Source of the DNA: Candidatus Omnitrophota bacterium
GTDB lineage: Bacteria; Omnitrophota; Gorgyraeia; Zapsychrales; Zapsychraceae
Reading direction: 5' to 3'
Assembly: GCA_028280285.1 (NCBI GenBank)
Contig: JANQMA010000012.1
Coordinates: 24,817 to 88,816 of the forward strand
DNA length: 64,000 bases
The notes beneath the pieces are model-generated. The model made no database searches. It was given only the letters and a program-made list of their open reading frames with translations, and had not been told where the DNA came from. Within the stretch, counting starts at the first letter, position 1. Each line of letters opens with the position of its first letter. Made by a program: the position numbers and the translations under genes. Shown piece after piece: positions 48,330 to 58,157 of the stretch.

Positions 48330-48378
48330 TTCGATATGTAATAATTAAACTAATTAAGTAATGTGTCCCCTTAATTCA
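48305..48378. repeat. 27-bp perfect inverted repeat overlapping the gcvPB stop codon
   Basis: tgaattaaggggacacattacttaatt / aattaagtaatgtgtccccttaattca. Confidence 0.85.
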
Positions 48379-48379
48379 C

Positions 48380-49102
48380 ATGATTCTTAAAGATATCTCA
48401 TTCGATATTCCAGAAGAAAATTTATTGTTTGACGATGTTCTTTTACATCTTGCCGATAAAGTAAATGAACAAGAATATTTACGTTTTTGGCAGTCTTCCG
48501 TTTATTTTGTGGTGATGGGGCGTATTAGCCGTGAAGAGGAAGATGTTAACTTTGATGCGATTAAAGCAGATGGTGTGCCTTTGTTGCGTCGCTCATCCGG
48601 TGGCGGAACGGTGATTCAGGGGAAAGGTTGCCTTAATTTTGCCCTTGTCTTGGATAAAAGAAAAAACAGAGAACTGGACGATTTAAAAAAATCATACACA
48701 ATTATTCTGGATCAAATTTGTGCAGCCCTTAAACAATGCGGGATTAAGGCTAAAGTTATGCCGATTTCCGATATTGCGCTTATGAACGATCAAAAAATTT
48801 CCGGTAATGCACAGAAAAGAGGACGTAACTTTATTTTGCATCATGGAACGATTTTGTGTGACTTTGATTTAAGTGTGATTGAGAAATATTTATTTATGCC
48901 GAAAGACATGCCGGATTATCGCAATGGGCGCACACATTTGGCTTTTGTTGGCAATATTGGTGTTGGTGTGGATCAAGTTAAAGAAGCTATACGGTCAGTT
49001 TTTTCTATTAAAGAGGAAGAAAGTGATCTAACAGATCAAGAAAACAATCTTTTAAAAAAATTTATTAAAAGCCATCGTGAAAAAATATGTTTAAACTATT
49101 AA
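48380..49102 (+). CDS. Lipoate-protein ligase A family protein
   Basis: RRSSGGGTV, KISGNAQ, HHGTIL; adjacent to the gcv genes. Confidence 0.88.
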   Translation: MILKDISFDIPEENLLFDDVLLHLADKVNEQEYLRFWQSSVYFVVMGRISREEEDVNFDAIKADGVPLLRRSSGGGTVIQGKGCLNFALVLDKRKNRELDDLKKSYTIILDQICAALKQCGIKAKVMPISDIALMNDQKISGNAQKRGRNFILHHGTILCDFDLSVIEKYLFMPKDMPDYRNGRTHLAFVGNIGVGVDQVKEAIRSVFSIKEEESDLTDQENNLLKKFIKSHREKICLNY

Positions 49103-50415
49103 ATGCCTGTTGTTTGATGCTATGTGTTATTTGCGCGGGGTGTAATAATAACCAGGATGTTGAAGAGAAAAAAATGACGGTGAGTGTTAACAAAGCACCA
49201 ATCCAATCCTCACAAAAAAAATCAGATTCAGCAGCTCCACTACAAGACGCAGCCTATCAGACCTACATCGATTTTTTTGAAGAAGTGTATGACACGATGG
49301 CTGAAAATTATTATCAGCCTGTTTCCCGCGAAAATTTCGATCGTTTCATTGATTTATTCAATGATAAAATTTACGGACAGCTTTCCGAAACGGGCAAATC
49401 TATTGATTTTATCCGTTGGCGTTCTACCGCTTTTTTAATTGATCATCTCAAAGGCTCCGAAGATGTTTTCTCGGCCTTTTATCCGCCCAAACCGGCCAAA
49501 GAATATGAAGCAACGGCTCTCGGTAAACGCATTGATTTGGGTGTGGAAGGTAATCTTACAGATCAAGGATTCGCCGTGCGCAATGTTGAGATAAGGGCGG
49601 ATGCTTATGAAAAGGGCTTACGCAAAAATGATGTTATTGTTCAAATTGATGATAAAGATGTTGCCAGCCTTGATCAGTCGACCATTATCGATATGTTAAC
49701 ACCTTTGGAAGGAGAGGTGGTGAAACTTAACTATTTTGCGTCTGACGGCACTATTAAAACCATTGAGGTTGTCAGTCGTGAATATTTTAAGCAGATGACA
49801 TTTGTTGTTCCAACAAAACTTCCGGGTGTTTATGGTCTTAGGATTAAGCGGTTTAATCGTAAAACATCGGAAGATATGCTCAGATTTCTTCAAACATTTA
49901 AAAATCTCAAGCCGAATGGAGAAATGATCGGTTTGATTTTGGATTTGCGTGATAATCCCGGTGGCCCGCCTTTGGCGGCGCGTGAGATATCATCGTTCTT
50001 TTTAACACCGGGAGAAATTCTCACTTATTTCAAAAAACACAACACAGACAAAATTGAGTTGGATATCCCGCGTATTCCTGAACAATTTCATGTGCGCGTA
50101 CCAATGGTTATTCTCATCGATGAAAATACCGGTAGTGCAGCGGAAATGTTTTCCGGTGTCATGCAGAGAAAGGGACGCGCCATACTGATGGGAGAAAACT
50201 CTGCCGGACAGGTTATGCTTAAAAGTATGTTTCATTTTGATGATGAATCCATGCTTCTTTTAATTACGCAGCGTGGTCATTATCCCGATGGCGGTGTTTT
50301 TAGTTTTTCTGGATTGACGCCTGAGCGTTTTAATGATCAGATGGATGGGGATGACATTGTTGATTATGCGTCGAAATACTTGCTGTATATTCATAAGAAA
50401 AGTGAAAAAGAATGA
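49087..50415 (+). CDS. S41 family (CtpA-like) PDZ protease, probable lipoprotein
   Basis: CAGC lipobox-like; PDZ; ILDLRDNPGG; TGSAAE; variant GENSAGQVMLK. Confidence 0.85.
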   Translation: MFKLLNACCLMLCVICAGCNNNQDVEEKKMTVSVNKAPIQSSQKKSDSAAPLQDAAYQTYIDFFEEVYDTMAENYYQPVSRENFDRFIDLFNDKIYGQLSETGKSIDFIRWRSTAFLIDHLKGSEDVFSAFYPPKPAKEYEATALGKRIDLGVEGNLTDQGFAVRNVEIRADAYEKGLRKNDVIVQIDDKDVASLDQSTIIDMLTPLEGEVVKLNYFASDGTIKTIEVVSREYFKQMTFVVPTKLPGVYGLRIKRFNRKTSEDMLRFLQTFKNLKPNGEMIGLILDLRDNPGGPPLAAREISSFFLTPGEILTYFKKHNTDKIELDIPRIPEQFHVRVPMVILIDENTGSAAEMFSGVMQRKGRAILMGENSAGQVMLKSMFHFDDESMLLLITQRGHYPDGGVFSFSGLTPERFNDQMDGDDIVDYASKYLLYIHKKSEKE

Positions 50416-50420
50416 TTAAT

Positions 50421-50481
50421 GTTGTTAGTTGCTCGTTGTTAGTTGTTGGATCACAACAACCAACAACCAACAACCAACAAC
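50421..50481. repeat. Heptamer-period palindromic element (GTTGTTR / CAACAAC, 4+4 units)
   Basis: gttgtta gttgctc gttgtta gttgttg ... caacaac x4. Confidence 0.85.
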
Positions 50482-50501
50482 GATTGAAACCTTGCTAACT
50501 A

Positions 50502-51197
50502 ATGACAGATAAAATTCTCATCATAATCCCCGCTTATAACGAAGAAGAAAGTATTGCGGGTATTATCAAGGAAGTCTTGGCGCTTAATTTGTCTGTTTCT
50601 GTTTTAGTTATTGATGATGGTTCAACAGATAATACAACATCGGTTGCCAAAGATTTGGGAGTTGACGTTATATCGCTTCCGATTAATCTAGGTATTGGTG
50701 GTGCAGTCCAAACAGGATACAAGTTTGCCCAAAAAAATGGTTTTGATATTGCTGTGCAAGTAGATGGGGATGGGCAGCATGATGTGACTTATTTAAATGC
50801 ATTGCTTGAGCCTATTATTAAGGAAGAAGCGGATATGGCCATCGGTAGCCGGTTTATTCCGCCTTATTTAGGTTATCAATCTTCTTTTATTAGAAGAATT
50901 GGTATTAATTTTTTTGCTTATCTGATTAGTTTTTTAACGGAATATAAGGTCACAGATCCAACATCGGGGTTTAGGGCGGTGAATAAAACATTAATTGATG
51001 TATTTGCGGACTATTATCCGGCGGATTATCCCGAACCAGAGGCCATTGTTGTTGCCGGGCGTGTTAAAAGTCGTATTCAAGAAGTTCCTGTTGAAATGCG
51101 TGCACGAAAAACAGGAAACAGTTCTATCCGTTATTTAAAAACATTGTATTATATGATAAAAGTAACATTTGCGATTGTTATGGAGAAATTCAAATAA
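50502..51197 (+). CDS. GT2 glycosyltransferase, DPM1-like
   Basis: IPAYNEE, IDDGSTD, DGDGQH, DPTSGFRA. Confidence 0.9.
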   Translation: MTDKILIIIPAYNEEESIAGIIKEVLALNLSVSVLVIDDGSTDNTTSVAKDLGVDVISLPINLGIGGAVQTGYKFAQKNGFDIAVQVDGDGQHDVTYLNALLEPIIKEEADMAIGSRFIPPYLGYQSSFIRRIGINFFAYLISFLTEYKVTDPTSGFRAVNKTLIDVFADYYPADYPEPEAIVVAGRVKSRIQEVPVEMRARKTGNSSIRYLKTLYYMIKVTFAIVMEKFK

Positions 51198-51589
51198 TGG
51201 GTATGGCCAATATTATTGCACTTTTAGTTTCTGTTTGTCTTCTTTTATTAATATTTGAATTGTTGCGTGAAGAACGTTTAACATTTAAATATGCCGTAGG
51301 ATGGATTATCCTTGTGGTGCTTGCTATCCTTGGAGCGCTATTTGATGAAAAACTGTTTGAACTGGCGCATTTTTTTGGTTTTGAACTAGCCAGCAACTTT
51401 GTTTTTTTTGCCGTGCTAGCTTTTTTTGTATTTTTAAGCCTGTTTATGACAATATTTTTATGCCAGCAGAATAAAAACAATGATATTATGATTCAAAAAA
51501 TTGGGATGCTTGAGCATGAGGTCAATCAATTAAAGAAAAAGAAAGATTTTCAAGCTAATGGTAAAGATAACAACACCGCAAGCGAATGA
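51197..51589 (+). CDS. DUF2304 family membrane protein
   Basis: L.FKYAVGW; ELAHFFGFELASN; typical partner of DPM1-like GT2. Confidence 0.8.
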   Translation: MGMANIIALLVSVCLLLLIFELLREERLTFKYAVGWIILVVLAILGALFDEKLFELAHFFGFELASNFVFFAVLAFFVFLSLFMTIFLCQQNKNNDIMIQKIGMLEHEVNQLKKKKDFQANGKDNNTASE

Positions 51590-52220
51590 TTGGGACAATT
51601 ACTGGAGTCTTGATCAGACAAAACGTTTTACTAAGATAAGTTGGTCGAAAAGACGTATTATACATATATTAGACCAGTATTGTGTTAAGGATGGTTTTGC
51701 GCTGGATGCTGGTTGTGGTAGTGGATTTTTTTCTAAATATTTTTGTGATAAGAATATGCAAACAACTGCGCTGGACTATTCACAGGAAGCGCTTGATATT
51801 GCCTTAAAGATGACCAATAATCACGTCGAGACTTTTCAAACTGACTTAACTCAACCAGGCCTTGATAAAAAAGTCAGACACCATTTTGATATTATTTTTA
51901 CAGATGGTCTGTTTGAACATTTTTCTGATGAGCAGCAAGATGTGATTATGCAAAACTTTAAAAGCGTTTTAAAGGATAGTGGTTACATTATAACGTTTGT
52001 TCCTAATAAATGGTCGCCCTGGGAATTAATACGTCCATTTTTTATGCCAGGTATTGAAGAAGATCCTTTTATTATGTCGCGTTTAATTCATTTAAATCAA
52101 CGCAATGAATTAACAGTTGTTGAAAAAAATGGTATTAATACGCTTCCGTTTGCTTTATCGCCTGATAAGCTTTTCGGTTCTGCCTTTGGAATGCTTTTAT
52201 TTACTATTGCGAAAAAATGA
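51558..52220 (+). CDS. Class I SAM-dependent methyltransferase
   Basis: LDAGCGSG; GLFEHF. Confidence 0.88.
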   Translation: MVKITTPQANDWDNYWSLDQTKRFTKISWSKRRIIHILDQYCVKDGFALDAGCGSGFFSKYFCDKNMQTTALDYSQEALDIALKMTNNHVETFQTDLTQPGLDKKVRHHFDIIFTDGLFEHFSDEQQDVIMQNFKSVLKDSGYIITFVPNKWSPWELIRPFFMPGIEEDPFIMSRLIHLNQRNELTVVEKNGINTLPFALSPDKLFGSAFGMLLFTIAKK

Positions 52221-53233
52221 TGAATCAATCTGTCAGTGTTGTTGTTCCTGCCTATAATTGTAGTCAAACAATAGCGGAAGTGATTAAAGCGTTACTTAAT
52301 CAAACCATTAAACCTCAACAAATCATCATTGTTGATGACGGTTCTTCCGACGATACAGCAAGTATTATTAAATCGTTTGATAAAATCACATATATTTATC
52401 AAGACAATGGTGGTCCGGCCACGGCGCGTAATAACGGTGCAAAACACGCCACAAGCGATTACATTTTTTTTACTGATTCCGATTGTGTTGCCCGTAAAGA
52501 TTGGTTAGAAAAGGCGATTATTCATTTTAACCGCGATGATATTGCTGTTGTTTGCGGCAGTTATGACATTGTTAATAGCGAAAGTATTCTTGCCCGTTGT
52601 ATCCACAAAGAAATTTTGTTTCGTCACAATACTTTGATGCCCGATTATCCAAAAGCTTTTGGTAGTTATAATTTTGGTATTCAAAAAGGAGTTTTTGATC
52701 AATTGGGTGGTTTCAATGAACAGTACCGGTTTGCCAGCGGTGAAGACAATGATTTAAGTTATAAAGTTTTAAAGGCCGGCTATAAAATCTATTTTGCTAA
52801 GGATAGTTTGGTTGCACACGTTCATACCCATGTTTTGGCTAAGTATCTGAAAGAACAATTTCGTCATGGGTTTTGGCGTGTCAAAATGTATTTAACGCAT
52901 CCAGAAATGATGCGTGGCGATGATTATACATTTTGGAAAGATATTGTTGAGGTCGGTTTGTGCGAATTGGTCCTTTTTCTGGGATTTCTAGTCATTTTTT
53001 TTCCTCATTTGGTTTTTTACTCTGCTTCAGGGTTGGTTCTATTGGTTTTACTAGAGTTATGGTTTGGGCTTAAAACCGCTGGAAATTACAAAGACGGCAT
53101 TTATTTCGCCTATGTGCTTTTTTTAAGGTCATTTGCACGGTTTTTTGGGTTTTTAACGGGGACAATATGTCTTTTCCCTGTGTTTTTTTTCGTTTTTGTC
53201 CGCAATCGGAATTTGAGCCGCAAGGCCTCCTAA
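52217..53233 (+). CDS. GT2 glycosyltransferase with C-terminal TM helices
   Basis: VVPAYN, VDDGSSD, FTDSDC, GEDNDL. Confidence 0.9.
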   Translation: MMNQSVSVVVPAYNCSQTIAEVIKALLNQTIKPQQIIIVDDGSSDDTASIIKSFDKITYIYQDNGGPATARNNGAKHATSDYIFFTDSDCVARKDWLEKAIIHFNRDDIAVVCGSYDIVNSESILARCIHKEILFRHNTLMPDYPKAFGSYNFGIQKGVFDQLGGFNEQYRFASGEDNDLSYKVLKAGYKIYFAKDSLVAHVHTHVLAKYLKEQFRHGFWRVKMYLTHPEMMRGDDYTFWKDIVEVGLCELVLFLGFLVIFFPHLVFYSASGLVLLVLLELWFGLKTAGNYKDGIYFAYVLFLRSFARFFGFLTGTICLFPVFFFVFVRNRNLSRKAS

Positions 53234-53625
53234 AATGCTTATCTTCCCTATTATTGTATTTAGATCAAAATAATGATGTTTTGCGGTGTCCAGTCTGATT
53301 ATTGTTAGTTTTTTGATGTATATCTCCTGAAAGTCCGTGTCACTTATTTTTTCATTTGAATATTTTTTAACAACTGTAATGGCGATATTTTGCGTTTGTT
53401 GCTAAAGACTGATTGTGCAGTATTTTACGCATTTGCTCATATGGAATGATAGTTTTTTACCAGAAATGAAGAAATTTTTATATTTATTCATTTTCTTTAT
53501 ATCCAAATAAAAAATTCCTCCTTGTTTCTCGACGGGTAAGGGGGGTGGCTCAGAAATGTGATTTCTGTGTGAAAATTTTTTATTTTTAGCTTGCACACTA
53601 TTTATTACTTTATAACATTATATAT

Positions 53626-54300
53626 ATGGCCGATAAAGAAAGCGCACAAGATAAGCTAGCTAAGATGATACAGGCATCTGCCAAAAGTGCGGATGCACCT
53701 GCAGATGATCCCGCGGCGGCATTAGCAGCTGCAACAGGAGCCCAACCTGTTGGAGCGGGAGCAAAATCAAAAAAGGGCGCCAAAAAGAATCCTGCTGAGC
53801 TTATTAAACTATTGAACGTCGTTTTGATTGTGGCTGTTGTGGGCTGTTTGGGGCTTTTATTTAATCAGTTTGCGGTAGGCAATAGCTTGATCAATTCAAG
53901 CAGCGAATTTGGGGCGGACATCACGGTTAAAAAAGGACTACGTCCTAATTTAGCCCTACCAACGGTTCAGAGACTTTCGTACTATCTTGCCGATATTAAT
54001 AGCAGAAATATTTTTCAGCCGTTTCAAAGAGAGGTTGAAGAAACGGTGACAAAGGTTTCCGATACAACGCGGGCAGTCGCCCGTAAAACACGCGATTTTC
54101 GTCTTGTTGGGGTGGCTTGGTTTGACTCGGTTGATTCCGCCTCAGCAATGATTGAAGATACAAATAAAAAAGTCACTTATTTTCTTCGCAGAGGCGAAAA
54201 AATAGGGGATGTTTCTGTAAAAACCATTTATGCCGACGGTGTAGAGCTAGGCTATCAAAATGAGGAGATAATAATACAATATGACAAATCTCAACTATAA
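53626..54300 (+). CDS. GspC/PilP-like inner-membrane protein (TM plus HR-like beta domain)
   Basis: Single TM; RNIFQP; FRLVGVAW..AMIED..YFLRRGEKIG..VKTI; directly upstream of a secretin. Confidence 0.65.
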   Translation: MADKESAQDKLAKMIQASAKSADAPADDPAAALAAATGAQPVGAGAKSKKGAKKNPAELIKLLNVVLIVAVVGCLGLLFNQFAVGNSLINSSSEFGADITVKKGLRPNLALPTVQRLSYYLADINSRNIFQPFQREVEETVTKVSDTTRAVARKTRDFRLVGVAWFDSVDSASAMIEDTNKKVTYFLRRGEKIGDVSVKTIYADGVELGYQNEEIIIQYDKSQL

Positions 54301-55864
54301 AATCAAAATGGTTGTTGCAATGGTTGTGTTTTTTGGTTTTGCAACGGCACTCTTGGCGCCTACAGTGTCGCAGGCCAGATCGCCTAAACCCATTGTGATA
54401 AAAAGTATGAACGAAGCAATCTCCCGGCGTATGCAAAGAGAGATCACATTGGATGTTCGCGATATGAATATCGTTGATGTTATCAAATTTCTTGCGCTGA
54501 AAGGAGATTTCAACGTTGTTATCAGTCCAACCGTAGAAGGCCGTGTAACGGTTCTTTTGAATAATGTCAGCATTGAAGATGCGATGGATATTGTCATTAT
54601 TTCTAACCGTTTGGCGTATAAGGTTGAGAATAATATTGTCCAGGTTTTTACAGATGCTGAGTATGAAGCCATTTACGGCAAACGGTTCTCTGATAAAACT
54701 CAGGTGCATATTGTGCGTTTACAATATTCCAAACCAAGCTATGTGTTAGCGGCGCTCGACAATATCAAAAGTAATGTCGGTAAAATCATTATTGACGAGG
54801 ATACGGGTTCTGTTGTGATGATTGATACGGCCGAAGCCATTGGGTTAATGAAAAATGCCCTTAAAGAGATTGAAAGGCCCTTGGAAACAATTACCTATAC
54901 GCTGCAGTATGCCGAAGCCGATATTGTTGCAGAGAAGCTGCGTGCACGGATTGATGCCAAAGCGGTTGGGTCTATCACGCCGGATGAGCGAAGTAATAGT
55001 TTAATTGTGCGTGCTTATCCTGAACGGACAAAAGAGGTGCTTGATATCATTAAAAAGCTTGATACCGAGACTAAAGAAGTCATGGTTGATGCGCGTATTC
55101 TGCAAATTGTTCTTAAGCCGGAATATGATGTTGGTGTTGACTGGGAAGTTGATTTTGATGGTTCTGATAATGCGTTGCGTTTTAGTAATCTCTATTTGGA
55201 TACAGCGAATATATCAAGTACGGATAACCTTGCGTCTACTTTTGGATCGATTGCTGTCGGGGATATCAGCGCAGATGACTTTACAGTCAAAATTCGTTCC
55301 CTTGAGCAAGTCAGTGATACGAAAATTTTATCTAATCCTAAAATTCTTGTAACCAATAATGAAGAAGCTAAAATTCATATTGGCGACACAGTTCCTTATA
55401 TTATCTCGACGACATCAGGGACGGGGGATAATGCGATTACCAGTGAAGATGTGCGTTTTGTCGATGTGGGACTTAAGCTTAATGTCACCCCTAAAATAAA
55501 CGATGAGGGCATGGTGACTATGCGTCTACGACCGGAAATTTCGACAGTTGTTGCTCAAATTACTTCTGAAGGCGGCGGAATTCCGCAGGTTAACAAAACT
55601 GAAGTTGAAACAACTGTTATGGTGCAGGACGGCAATACAATTATCATGGGTGGCCTTAAAAAAGATGATAAGGTGCATGTGAAAAAAGGTTTTCCTGTCC
55701 TCATGGATTTGCCGTGGTTTGGCCCGGTTTTTGGCCGCACAGATGATGAAATCACAGAAACAGAAATCGTTATCTTTATCACACCAACGGTTGTATCAGG
55801 TTATGATACATACGTTGATTATGAAGGAGATATAAAACCGTTTAAAGAGTATAGCATTAAATAA
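54281..55864 (+). CDS. Secretin (GspD/PilQ family)
   Basis: STN/N0-like and two N-domains; ILSNPKILVTNNEEAKIHIG, DVGLKLNVTP, IIMGGL, EIVIFITP. Confidence 0.92.
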   Translation: MTNLNYKIKMVVAMVVFFGFATALLAPTVSQARSPKPIVIKSMNEAISRRMQREITLDVRDMNIVDVIKFLALKGDFNVVISPTVEGRVTVLLNNVSIEDAMDIVIISNRLAYKVENNIVQVFTDAEYEAIYGKRFSDKTQVHIVRLQYSKPSYVLAALDNIKSNVGKIIIDEDTGSVVMIDTAEAIGLMKNALKEIERPLETITYTLQYAEADIVAEKLRARIDAKAVGSITPDERSNSLIVRAYPERTKEVLDIIKKLDTETKEVMVDARILQIVLKPEYDVGVDWEVDFDGSDNALRFSNLYLDTANISSTDNLASTFGSIAVGDISADDFTVKIRSLEQVSDTKILSNPKILVTNNEEAKIHIGDTVPYIISTTSGTGDNAITSEDVRFVDVGLKLNVTPKINDEGMVTMRLRPEISTVVAQITSEGGGIPQVNKTEVETTVMVQDGNTIIMGGLKKDDKVHVKKGFPVLMDLPWFGPVFGRTDDEITETEIVIFITPTVVSGYDTYVDYEGDIKPFKEYSIK

Positions 55865-55889
55865 AACCCAAACCCACAAGAGGTGACCT

Positions 55890-56375
55890 ATGAAATATCT
55901 ATCAGTCAAGCTGACAGCTGTTTTGGCTGTTCTGACGTTTTTGGCCTTTTTTACCGTCGATGTATTTGCCACTCCGGAATCGGTACGTAAGGAGACGCAA
56001 ACATTAAATATTCTAACGCGTATTGATGCCTTTGCTGAAACGGATCCTGTGCTGCGTAGTGATGCGGCCAAGGCGCATTATAACATGGGCAATATTTATT
56101 ATCGCAAAGGGGAATATGAAATTGCGGCCCGTGAGTACTATCAAGCATCAACTTTAATGCCAGATGATCCTGATGTGCACTATAATTTGGCATTTGTGAG
56201 CTCTCAGCACCTATTTGACTATAGAACGGCACTCAAGCATTACAAAATGTACTTATATCTCAAGCCTGGCGCGCGCGATGCCAAGTTTGTTAAAAGAAAG
56301 ATCAATGAAGCGGAGCTTTACATAAGATCTTTGGTTGATTCACCATTGGAAAAATCGATAGAGCGCAGCAGATAA
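55890..56375 (+). CDS. Exported TPR protein
   Basis: Signal peptide; AHYNMGNIYY, VHYNLA, ALKHYKMYL..P. Confidence 0.85.
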   Translation: MKYLSVKLTAVLAVLTFLAFFTVDVFATPESVRKETQTLNILTRIDAFAETDPVLRSDAAKAHYNMGNIYYRKGEYEIAAREYYQASTLMPDDPDVHYNLAFVSSQHLFDYRTALKHYKMYLYLKPGARDAKFVKRKINEAELYIRSLVDSPLEKSIERSR

Positions 56376-56470
56376 AGCATATTGCTCTCAACAAAAAAAG
56401 TTACAAAAATTTGATCGGTTGGCGTAACTACTTGCTGCAAAATTACTTTTGAAAAAAAACGATTTTTATC

Positions 56471-56516
56471 TTGTAGACGAATTGTGCGATGCATATAATA
56501 TCTATAATTAGATATT
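56471..56516 (+). promoter_or_regulatory. Sigma70-like promoter with an overlapping palindrome (candidate operator)
   Basis: TTGTAG-17 bp-TATAAT (56494); AATATCTA-taat-TAGATATT at 56497-56516. Confidence 0.5.
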
Positions 56517-56551
56517 AGATAATTTCAATCTATATTATTATTTCTTATACT

Positions 56552-58138
56552 ATGAATATAAATAAAAGGTTTGTTCTTTTACTAATTATCCTCGTCGAGA
56601 TATTTATTCTTACCGTTTCTAATGTTCACGCCAATAACTTATTCTTATCAAATGTCAGCCTAGAATCAAGAGATCCAGCCAGTGATACCGTGGTTGTTGA
56701 GTTTGATTTATCCTGGAATAACGCATGGTATACAAAAATTAATCATGATGCTGTGTGGCTTACTTTTCGTTTAGACAATGGGGCAAGTCCAACCGATAAA
56801 CGTCTTTGTGCAATTACATTCAGTGGTGTTAATCCTGTTGGTTCATCGACCGGTACAAATACAGCGATCGAAGTGTATGTGCCCAATGATAAGCTTGGGG
56901 TCTTTGTCCGTTTGGCAGACTTTGGTAGCGAAGCACAGGTCAGTTCTCAAAATCTTCAAGTCACAGTTGATTATGCCAGCTGCGGTTTTACCGAAAACGA
57001 TCAAGTTGAAGCAACGGTTTTTGGTCTAGAAATGGTTTTTGTGCCACAAGGGGCCTTTTATGCGGGTGATTTTGACACAAGTGCTGCAGCCTTTAACCAA
57101 GGATCATCGGATACGGATGCTTGGTATATTTCCAACAGCGCAGCTATCAGCGTGGCCAACCCTTCATCCAACGGGTATCGTTATGTATCTAATAACAACA
57201 CGAACGAGGCGGCAACCGGCGCTTCATTTACCATCGATTCGGATTTTCCGAACGGCTACGATGCTTTTTATGCCATGAAGTACGAGATCACAGAAGGACA
57301 ATGGGTTGAGTTTGTTAATTCACTACCGACGGATGCTGCCAGATCAAACCGTGATTTGACCAACGGCAGCCATAAAAATTCGGATGCGGTTAAATCACGC
57401 AATACAGTCAGCTGTTCTGGAACACCCACAGTTTGTTCAACTTCTCGTCCTTACCGGGCAGCGACATATTTAACCTGGATGGATTTACTAGCATTTTTGG
57501 ATTGGGCGGCCTTAAGGCCAATGACGGAACTTGAATTTGAAAAAATGGCACGTGGTGCCGTTTTACCTGTTGCTGGTGAATTTGCCTGGGGTACGACGGA
57601 TATTACAGCTGCTGCGGCGATCAGTGTCGGCGATGAAGATGGCACCGAGACAATCACAACGGCCAGCGCCAATGCCAATTACAATAACACTGTTTTTACC
57701 GGAGGTGATGCGGACAACGGCGGCGAGCATACACAGGGAGCGCTTCGTTCCGGGATCTTTGCCGGTTCTGTGTCGAACAAAGTATCTGCCGGAGCAAGCT
57801 ATTACGGTGTTATGGAGCTTTCGGGTAATGTGATTGAACGTGCGGTGACCGTTGGCAATGCGAGTGGAAGAAGTTTTACAGGAACACACGGTGACGGTGT
57901 TTTAACGACAACATCATCGTTTGAAGGCAATGCCACCAATTCTGATTGGCCCGGCATTGATGCCACACCGGCCAATGGAGTGACCGGTGCTGATGGTTCC
58001 GGTTTTAGAGGCGGGGCTTTTAGTGAGGTATCAAGCAATCGACTAAGGGTTTCCGATCGCTATGATGCGGCAAATGCTTCGACAGTTGCGTTTAACGATG
58101 CAGGCGGCCGAGGCGTACGCACTTATGACGGAAACTAA
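56552..58138 (+). CDS. Exported SUMF1/FGE-sulfatase-fold (C-type-lectin-like) protein, paralog 1
   Basis: Signal peptide then NNL; MVFVPQG.F; MKYEITEGQW; LRPMTELEFEK; ELSGNV.E; RGG. Confidence 0.85.
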   Translation: MNINKRFVLLLIILVEIFILTVSNVHANNLFLSNVSLESRDPASDTVVVEFDLSWNNAWYTKINHDAVWLTFRLDNGASPTDKRLCAITFSGVNPVGSSTGTNTAIEVYVPNDKLGVFVRLADFGSEAQVSSQNLQVTVDYASCGFTENDQVEATVFGLEMVFVPQGAFYAGDFDTSAAAFNQGSSDTDAWYISNSAAISVANPSSNGYRYVSNNNTNEAATGASFTIDSDFPNGYDAFYAMKYEITEGQWVEFVNSLPTDAARSNRDLTNGSHKNSDAVKSRNTVSCSGTPTVCSTSRPYRAATYLTWMDLLAFLDWAALRPMTELEFEKMARGAVLPVAGEFAWGTTDITAAAAISVGDEDGTETITTASANANYNNTVFTGGDADNGGEHTQGALRSGIFAGSVSNKVSAGASYYGVMELSGNVIERAVTVGNASGRSFTGTHGDGVLTTTSSFEGNATNSDWPGIDATPANGVTGADGSGFRGGAFSEVSSNRLRVSDRYDAANASTVAFNDAGGRGVRTYDGN

Positions 58139-58157
58139 TACAAAACAGTTGGGGGAG

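Noticed and set aside
53402-53596. Small minus-strand ORF with an internal AAGGAGG
   Set aside because: AT-rich intergenic sequence with no recognisable protein features, overlapping the likely + strand promoter region.
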